Below the pieces are notes generated by a model. It was not told the DNA's origin and ran no database searches. It saw only the letters and a program-made list of their open reading frames with translations. A stretch of 64,000 nt of DNA from Schizochytrium sp. TIO01. Its lineage: Eukaryota; Protista; Bigyra: Labyrinthulomycetes. Both the position numbers and the translations under genes were made by a program. The stretch is from the NCBI GenBank assembly GCA_004764695.1, contig SMSO01000006.1, forward strand, positions 77,859 to 141,858, given 5' to 3'. Below, one piece after another: positions 56,833 through 64,000 of the stretch (positions are counted from its first letter, which is position 1; each line of letters starts with the position of its first letter).

Positions 56833-59800
56833 TCAATATCCCCATTCTTTTGCTCGCTGTTCAGCAGCTTTGCGCCACTTCTCGTCTTGTTCTTTGTAAC
56901 AAGGTGATTTGGCCCAGTCGACAGCAAGCATTCGTGTTGGATCATTAGGTCCAAGAGTGATCCATTCAGTCAAGAGAGGGTTGAAAGCGTAGGAAACCAG
57001 ATAAGGGGTGTCGATGTGATGAGTAAAGTCTACTTCTATAATCTTTGCTGGGAACCAGCCCACTGGATTTCCTTTGGGGTACTCCACCTTGGACATGATC
57101 AAAGTCCCAACGGAGTAGACAGCAACATGATCCTTGATATTGCGTTCGCTTTTGACTAACCGCAATTCAATACCATCTCCAGAACACAAAGGACAGATAA
57201 ACTCTTTCATCTTTTCTCCATCCCGTTGGGTGATATCGATGTCAAAACATTTGGGGTGAATCCAGCCGTTACAGGCGCCGCTTGCTTTGGAGCATTGTAG
57301 GTACCAGCTGTGCTCGTCATCCATCTCACTTTCATCAGCTTCAGACTCGCTAACTCCATCATCATCCTCGCCGCTGCGACGTTGACATACACAGTATAAT
57401 TTAGGCTCTTTGTTAACCTTTTGAGTGGTGGTAGCTGTTGGAGCAGGGGCAGCTCTTCCAGCAACCTTGCGACGCTTGCGTTTCTTACGTCCAGGACCAG
57501 CTCGACTGCTTACACTTTGGGCATCATCGTCGTCTGTAACCTCCGGGATCTCAGGGGTTTCTTCCACAGGCGGAGGGGTTTGGGGGCGCCACTGGAGCAA
57601 AGTAGCTTCTGTATAGCGATGCGTCTCAAGTTCATCTTCACGAGCAGCAATAACAGTAGGTGCAGCTTTTCTGGATCGCAACGCCTTTACTTCATTGATA
57701 AGGTTGAAGCTTTCCTTCATCTTCTTTTGCCTGCGCATGTCCCGAACTGATCGATACTTCTTCCTGTACGTATGCAGGTTCTCAAAGCGACTTTCATCAA
57801 TATCATCATCAATACCACTGCGCATATCATCATCGTCATCATCTTCCTCCATGTTTCGCCCTTCTCCGCTCTCTTGGTCATCATCTCCACTCCTGCTGGC
57901 AGATTCAGCACCACCAGACCCTGTGCCTGGTGGAATATAGAAGATAGAGTACCAGCCAGAGTCAGAACGCACATTCGGATTCACTCTGCGTTTGATCTCT
58001 ATAGACCATAGAGACGGACTTGCAAACTCAGTCTCAGTAGCGGAGTCAACAATGATTCCATCTGTACGAAGGTCTGCCCAGAATTCATGGCTCTTGTAGC
58101 GAACGCGAAGGACACGCTTGCCTGGGCGCAAAATCTCTGCATCAATAAGATTCTTCATAGTTTCATCCTTCTTCGCACGGACGGGAGGTGCATTCACGGC
58201 AGAGTTTCTACCGCCAGTCACAGGAGGCAGATCCCTACGCATAGCTTCATCGTCGGAAAGGTCGCTCTCGCTTTCGATCTGGAGATCAAAAAAGCCCTGT
58301 TGGCGAGTTGCCTGTTGGCGAGTAGATACACGACCGGCACCACGCCTTGTACCATTATCAGATGCTGTCCAAGGACTTGTCGTAGTTGCGGGGCCTTGGC
58401 CCGCTACACCAAGATTGGCAACACTGCTCCTCGTTGATGCCCCGAAGTTGGCTGGCAAGGATGATGAGCATGTTGAACTGGTTCGCTGCAGCTCGCCTGT
58501 TGCTGCTGTACTTGCCACAGATGAACGGCGTGAAGCGCGCCCAGCAGTGCTCCCGGAAGAAGTGATGGGTTTTCCCGTACCACTAGAAGCTACCGAGCTC
58601 GCAGATCCACCTCCAGCTTGGTCAGATGCTTCTTGTGCCTTCTTCTTCTCAGTGTACTTATCACGAATCGACCCAAGCGTTTTGCCATCGTACATGATAG
58701 ATAACCACCCATTGTCTCCAGACAGCTTCGGATTAGATTTGCGCTTGCAGTAGACACTGAAACGAGACACTGAGTCGAAAGAGTTGCCTTCGCACTCGAT
58801 CACGCCATCTTCATTTAGGCTCCCTTTGGTGACTTTACCCTGATATTCCACCTGGAAAACATCCTCGCCGCTCTCTAAGTAGCCCCATTTGATCATATCG
58901 AGAAGAATACCAGGAATATGGTTTGGCGACTTAGATGAGTTGCCACCTTGCGCTGATGTGGTTGACCCAGTAGATACCGACATGGCAGAGCTTGTGTTGC
59001 TTCCACCAGGTGCCGAGTCCATCAAATCCATTGCATGGGGGGACATATCGCCGCCATGTGCATTCATGTCATCATCAATGGGTCCGTATTCGGGCGGTGG
59101 CCCAGTGCTTGTTCCTTCAGCCACATGGGCTTTCCAACGAGGGTAATCCATGGTGTCCTTATATTGCCGGTAGTAATACGCAACCAAATCATGGGGAGTC
59201 TTGCCATGCCTTTTAAAGATGCTATCATTTCTGTAGATAGAAATAAAGTCCTTTAGGCTTTCATACATGCCCTTGTTAAAGGCTCGTTTCTCTGCAGGGG
59301 TCCATTCCAAGGTGGTGTCCTCGCGCTGGTCAGCATCGAAGGGAAGTGGTTCAGGTTCGTTGTGCATGAGTTTATTCCACGCGCCAATGCTGCCTTTACC
59401 CTTGCCAACAAGACGCAGGTCCTTCACCTTGCGTAACATTGCCGGGACCTCCACCTGGAAGTCCTGTCCAACACGGGCACCTGGGCCTTGAGGAATGATT
59501 GTCTCAGAATCCTTCGCTGCTGTTGAAGCAATAACACTTGAAGTTGATGCTCCCGGCACGGGCGGGTCCACTTCCTTCGACAGTATTTCCGTTTTATCCC
59601 CTGCAGCTCCTTCAGCTCCCTCTGAAGTAGCCTCCATTGAGTTCTTTCTACTCGCGTTGCCGGTTGAGATCTCCTCAGACCGGCTCTGCGCTTCCCCAAT
59701 CTCCGCAAGACTATCTTCATCGCCCTTCCGAGTACGACTGCTACGGCGTTGACGCTTTCCATCAAGACCATCTTCTGCAGAATCGGCTTCTGCATCTGCA

Positions 59801-61779
59801 GAGGCGCCGAGAGCGATGCTAGCTGCAACAGCCTCTGCAGCACTCTCTACGGAGCGTTTCCGCTTCGCGACTCGGGGAGACATAGCGTGCGGGTGGTGCT
59901 TGTCACTCGCAAAAATTGAAGCGCCGCTGTTGCCTTTCCGACTTGAGCTTGAGGAGAACGGGAACTCGTCGGCGGTTCGTACTGTTTCTGTGGAAGGAGT
60001 TGGATCGAATGTTGGAGACGCAGATCGCAAATCACCCATAATTTCGCCTGCGATGCTCGAATTATCTTCCCGTCGTGGAGATGCAGAGTGATCGCGGGCT
60101 GCGGAGCTCCACGAAAACTCCATGCCGCCCTCCTTAACATCGCCGGAGCTCGCAGATGCACCCTCAAGACCGCTGCTAGATCCGTCCGCCGCTGTCCCTC
60201 CGTGTGCCGAAAGACGTCGAGCACGAGGAGAGCTGCCATTCCAAATACGGGGCGATCCATTCATGAGCATGCGGCTGTTAGGGGACAGCGTTTCTTGGTT
60301 GCTTCGTTGCTGCCTGAGCGTTGTTCCATCAATGGCCCACTGCGCACTCGAGGTGCGCTCTAGAGGCGCGGAGAGAGAGAGTTCTTCAATCTGAGAGTTC
60401 GGGTGCTCTAGAGGAGTCTTGGTAGCGTGGCCTGGAGATAAAGGCCGAGCACCAGCAGTAGGATGAGTTATCAGAGGCCGAATGCGAAGTTGGCTACCTC
60501 CGCGGCTTTTGAAATGCATCTCCACCATGCCCTTTGGACGAAACATAAAAGTCTCTTTGGTCTTAATCTTCTTACGAGAATTGGGCTCTTTGGCGTCGGC
60601 GATGTAGGTCATAGCATTCTGGCCTTGACATGTACACTGCAGACCTGATCTCGTGGCAACGGCTTTGATTTGTTTGCGGCTAACTTTCATGTCAGTCACC
60701 TCAAGGGCAGGGAGCGGCATATCGGGATAGTCACGTCCCAGAATCTGCTCTTCACCCTCTTTAATTCTGCGCAGCTCTAAATCAGGTTTGCTTGGAGTAT
60801 AAATAACCCAAACAACAGGACCATCATTAGATTGATTTACACTTGCAACAGCAGCGGTGCTATCAGCAATGTTTGAACCCGCAGTAAGCGCATTCCCTGC
60901 CGCTGCCGCTGCCGTTGCTGTCGTTGTTGCCGCCACCGAGGATGCTAATTCTGTTTTTACTTCACCCTTTATAGCTACTGTAGTTGGTGACCCCTTCAAA
61001 GATGTCTCTGCAAGGGCAGGAGACTCGTCTGATGCAGGCGCTTTACTACCGGCCTCGTTAGCCGTCCCTTCTTTGGAAGGCAACGCCCGTTGAATTGCAG
61101 CTGTAGCACTCTGTGCAGAGGAGCTGGGGTTTTCGTTGACCTTTTGACCATCACCTTCTACTTTGATTTCTTTCATGGTTGCCTGTTCCACTGCACCTTT
61201 TGTTGAGTCTTTGTTGACTAGAGATTTATCGATGCCAGCATAGTCCTTCATTTCGTTTTTCATACCACTATCATCGCTGCTTTTGGGAACACTATGGTCA
61301 TTGCTGCTGTTCAATTTATTGTTGCTGGTTCTCATTTGGTCAGCCGCTAGGTTTTGATTACCTGCGGATTCTGCCGATGCGGAGCCAGTCTCTTTTTGTT
61401 TCTCCTCAGCTGTGCCAACTACAGCCTGCGAGGAATCCTTTCTTGTCACGGACGTTGGAGTTGTCTCTTTTTCACTTGTTCCTTGGTTCAAAGAAGCTTT
61501 AGCGATCTCTTCGCTTTTCTTATTGTTCTGTTCCTTCGAGTCTCCGTCTCCTTTGCTTTCCTTGCTGTCTTTATTGTCTTTGTTGTCGTTGCTGATATTG
61601 AGCTTATCATTGTTAATAGCAGCAATGTTGCTACTGCTGCTGCTGTTTTTCTCAGCAGCCTCGAGGCTAGAGTTCGAGGAGTCGTTGAGGACCTCCAGCA
61701 GACCTGCGCCCAGTTCTCTGCTTGATTGCCTCGAGAGCGCCTCAGCTTCCTCTGTTTTCATCGGCCCTAGGCCCACCAT
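56833..61779 (-). CDS. Multidomain chromatin protein: FHA-like, ELM2-SANT, two RAMA domains, PHD finger, Tudor/chromo-barrel-like domain
   Basis: 1648-aa intact ORF. FHA-like ILGRD...VTDMKVSRKQI...GQNAM. ELM2 ARVGQDFQVEVP. SANT EWTPAEKRAFNKGM...KDF...KTPHDLVAYYY. Two RAMA-like domains (LxxxGxI...F.S.S.[FW]S...KR..NP...D.GW.SI.Y). PHD YCVC...LQCSKASGACNGWIHPKC...FICPLC. Tudor-like VGTLI...WFPAKIIEVD...YLVSY...EWI. Confidence 0.85.
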   Translation of the reverse strand: MVGLGPMKTEEAEALSRQSSRELGAGLLEVLNDSSNSSLEAAEKNSSSSSNIAAINNDKLNISNDNKDNKDSKESKGDGDSKEQNNKKSEEIAKASLNQGTSEKETTPTSVTRKDSSQAVVGTAEEKQKETGSASAESAGNQNLAADQMRTSNNKLNSSNDHSVPKSSDDSGMKNEMKDYAGIDKSLVNKDSTKGAVEQATMKEIKVEGDGQKVNENPSSSAQSATAAIQRALPSKEGTANEAGSKAPASDESPALAETSLKGSPTTVAIKGEVKTELASSVAATTTATAAAAAGNALTAGSNIADSTAAVASVNQSNDGPVVWVIYTPSKPDLELRRIKEGEEQILGRDYPDMPLPALEVTDMKVSRKQIKAVATRSGLQCTCQGQNAMTYIADAKEPNSRKKIKTKETFMFRPKGMVEMHFKSRGGSQLRIRPLITHPTAGARPLSPGHATKTPLEHPNSQIEELSLSAPLERTSSAQWAIDGTTLRQQRSNQETLSPNSRMLMNGSPRIWNGSSPRARRLSAHGGTAADGSSSGLEGASASSGDVKEGGMEFSWSSAARDHSASPRREDNSSIAGEIMGDLRSASPTFDPTPSTETVRTADEFPFSSSSSRKGNSGASIFASDKHHPHAMSPRVAKRKRSVESAAEAVAASIALGASADAEADSAEDGLDGKRQRRSSRTRKGDEDSLAEIGEAQSRSEEISTGNASRKNSMEATSEGAEGAAGDKTEILSKEVDPPVPGASTSSVIASTAAKDSETIIPQGPGARVGQDFQVEVPAMLRKVKDLRLVGKGKGSIGAWNKLMHNEPEPLPFDADQREDTTLEWTPAEKRAFNKGMYESLKDFISIYRNDSIFKRHGKTPHDLVAYYYRQYKDTMDYPRWKAHVAEGTSTGPPPEYGPIDDDMNAHGGDMSPHAMDLMDSAPGGSNTSSAMSVSTGSTTSAQGGNSSKSPNHIPGILLDMIKWGYLESGEDVFQVEYQGKVTKGSLNEDGVIECEGNSFDSVSRFSVYCKRKSNPKLSGDNGWLSIMYDGKTLGSIRDKYTEKKKAQEASDQAGGGSASSVASSGTGKPITSSGSTAGRASRRSSVASTAATGELQRTSSTCSSSLPANFGASTRSSVANLGVAGQGPATTTSPWTASDNGTRRGAGRVSTRQQATRQQGFFDLQIESESDLSDDEAMRRDLPPVTGGRNSAVNAPPVRAKKDETMKNLIDAEILRPGKRVLRVRYKSHEFWADLRTDGIIVDSATETEFASPSLWSIEIKRRVNPNVRSDSGWYSIFYIPPGTGSGGAESASRSGDDDQESGEGRNMEEDDDDDDMRSGIDDDIDESRFENLHTYRKKYRSVRDMRRQKKMKESFNLINEVKALRSRKAAPTVIAAREDELETHRYTEATLLQWRPQTPPPVEETPEIPEVTDDDDAQSVSSRAGPGRKKRKRRKVAGRAAPAPTATTTQKVNKEPKLYCVCQRRSGEDDDGVSESEADESEMDDEHSWYLQCSKASGACNGWIHPKCFDIDITQRDGEKMKEFICPLCSGDGIELRLVKSERNIKDHVAVYSVGTLIMSKVEYPKGNPVGWFPAKIIEVDFTHHIDTPYLVSYAFNPLLTEWITLGPNDPTRMLAVDWAKSPCYKEQDEKWRKAAEQRAKEWGY

Positions 61780-63150
61780 GCTGCCGCCGCCGCCGCCGCT
61801 GTTGGTTTGCTTTCTGGTTTTTCTGCTTTCTATCTCCTTCGCTTTCTTCTTTTTCCCTTCTTTGGCCTGCTTTCTTTTCTTCCCTTCCTACGAAGCCCCT
61901 AAGCCCCTCTCTATATGCATTTCTACAACTTACACTAGGTACCTGGGTATCTCTCCCCTAGTCACATTGGCATATACAAACTGTATAGGCTAAACTCTAA
62001 ACTCTATATCAGAAGAGTCATCAGGATGGGCAAGAGTAACGCCTATATAGTGTTTACTTTAGAATCACTCATTATCAATATCTACTACCTCGTGTTACAA
62101 AAAACATCGAAAAAAAGGCGAAAAGCAAAAGAATGGGCTTGACTTCTCGCCTCCCTCAGGAGATGGGCAATTTTGGTTGGTTCATCTTTTATAAAGAATA
62201 GGACTATGACAAAATCAAAGCTTGTCGCGGACTGTGCAAAATGATGAGTGGTACCAAGGGTACAGTTTGTTTCATTCCAATCCAACTTGCTACTTAGGTA
62301 TCTTTTTGTTGCTTTTTTCATGTTTTTATTTTATTTTATTTTTTGATTAATAAAAAAAATTAAGTTAAATTAAAATTAAGTATATTTATTTGTTTGTTTT
62401 AAATAAGAACTAAAAACTTGGCAAGCGAAACTCTATCGTTCGTCTATTTACGCAGATAGAATTCTACATGTAAGGGAGGTAGCTAGGCTCTTATGTTGTT
62501 TTCCCATGATGAAGATCCTTTCATTGTTATTCTTATGATTATACTCTTGTAACTATTTCCAATTATTTCTTTATCTTATGATGGTATTTCAGTATTCACA
62601 ATAAATTTAAAAGGCTACGTATATACTGATACTTAGGCAGGTACTATGACTAAAATGATAAAACCACCTGAAATACCATTATCATCATGATAAGTTGCTT
62701 TGCCAGCGCTTTGATTTTTAGAAGAAAGTTTTTTTCTTCAAAGGCACTATCTCCCTATTAGGCCCCTATCTAGGTCCCTCCCTACCTATAGCATGACATC
62801 ATCTATAAATGCCCTACTGAACAAGACTAAGGAGGGGAAAATAATTGGAAAGTAGATACATGAGAGAGATAAGACCATAGCAAAGTTCTGCTTTCTACTA
62901 GCTAGCTAGGTAGTCTTCCAGGCAGCCCAAGCACTGATCAAATACGAATTCTATCGCCATTATTGGCGGAGGCTGCTTGTCAAGATATTTTGAAAGACAG
63001 TACCCAGTAGGCACCTAATACTAGTTACGGGTTATCTCTGGTCATTCCTTTTGTCTGCAGTGAAAAACGCTCTGCCTCCAGCTAGTAGAGTGAGCTGGGC
63101 TATCTCTAGAGGTCGTTGGTGCCTAGTAGTACTTTTGATGCTTAAGAATA

Positions 63151-63429
63151 GCACTGTTTTGGCTTGAGTTTGACAACCTAGCTCAAGGATTTCAACCAAT
63201 TACCTTGAACTAGGTACCTAGGTAGGTAGCTAGTGAGAGTGAACATTACCCTGACCCGATTGAAGGGGGGAGTTCAGGTACTAGGTAGGCTGCATACCGA
63301 GGACCGTGCTAGGTAGAATGTACCTACCTACATAGTATGTAGTTAATATGAGTACCCTCGCACTCCTTAAAATCTTTGGCCTTGGTATCTTTCAACTTCA
63401 ATCTCAATCTCAAGCCAAAACAAACACGC
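63151..63429. repeat. Inverted pair of the dispersed repeat (arms ~63151-63241 + and ~63361-63429 -); another + copy at ~63700-63780
   Basis: CTGTTTTGGCTTGAGTTTGACAACCTAG...TAGTGAGAGTG versus the reverse complement GCGTGTTTGTTTTGGCTTGAGATTGAG...CCAAGGCCAAAGATTTTAA. Confidence 0.65.
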
Positions 63430-64000
63430 ATCATTGTACAACTTGAAAGAGAGAAACACTAAATAGTCAAAGGGAAATAATAATCCTCAACTTAACTCCC
63501 CTTCTTAACAAAGACCTAGATAAGTATATGATATATATATCATTTATATGGAATAGACACTACCATTCCGAGGTTCTGTAAGTTCTAACTTTTCCATAGG
63601 TGCCACTGCATTGCTCTGGGCTTTTAAAATCAAGTAAGATCATCTTGAAGCGGCAATCTGAGTGTCGTGGTGTTGATCCAAATTGCAATAAAAAGCAATG
63701 TGTGATTTATTTTGCTTGAGTATGAGTATTGACAACCAAGCTGCAAGACTTTTGATTAAAAAGGAGTTGAGAGTGAATTAGAAACGGTGCTTGGCCGATT
63801 CGACCTGCTGCTTTTCACGTCGAGAGCGTCGAGAGCATAAACTTATGATCCAAGACAGTGCTAGAAAGTACAGATATTTACGAATCCTGGCGCAAAATAA
63901 TTGGCATTTCATTGTTCCAACGACTCAAAATAGGCAAGTGGAGGTAGATGTTAAATTTTATTTTATTTTTTCAATATAAAATTATGCCACTGTTGCTGGC

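Overview
Eukaryotic nuclear DNA, not prokaryotic. It is gene-dense and almost intron-free (one convincing 78-nt GT-AG intron), with coding regions near mid-40% GC and AT-rich spacers full of TAG/CTA motifs and microsatellites. The gene set and architecture suggest a flagellated protist, most plausibly a labyrinthulomycete/thraustochytrid stramenopile (inference). About 12 protein genes are supported: a WDR47-like LisH/CTLH-WD40 protein, a secreted bacterial-type glycoside hydrolase, a FAM92/CIBAR BAR protein, a WW-domain membrane protein, a giant ~15xC2/EF-hand/SAM protein, DUS3, a neurobeachin-type BEACH protein, an unknown type II membrane protein, a membrane-anchored LPMO-like protein without its histidine brace, a CCDC33-like protein, a protein built on a repeated LxxFxVxxxxFP motif, and an FHA/ELM2-SANT/2xRAMA/PHD/Tudor-like chromatin protein. 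Three genes carry four single-base frame breaks, most likely assembly indels. The spacers hold at least 12 copies of a ~75-bp dispersed repeat (several as inward-facing inverted pairs), a decayed ankyrin plus P-loop NTPase island, and other coding-like debris. The best leads are the double-RAMA chromatin reader, the His-less LPMO-like receptor, the dispersed repeat family, the 15xC2 protein and the RFxV-type repeat protein. All domain calls are by-eye motif recognition; no searches were run.
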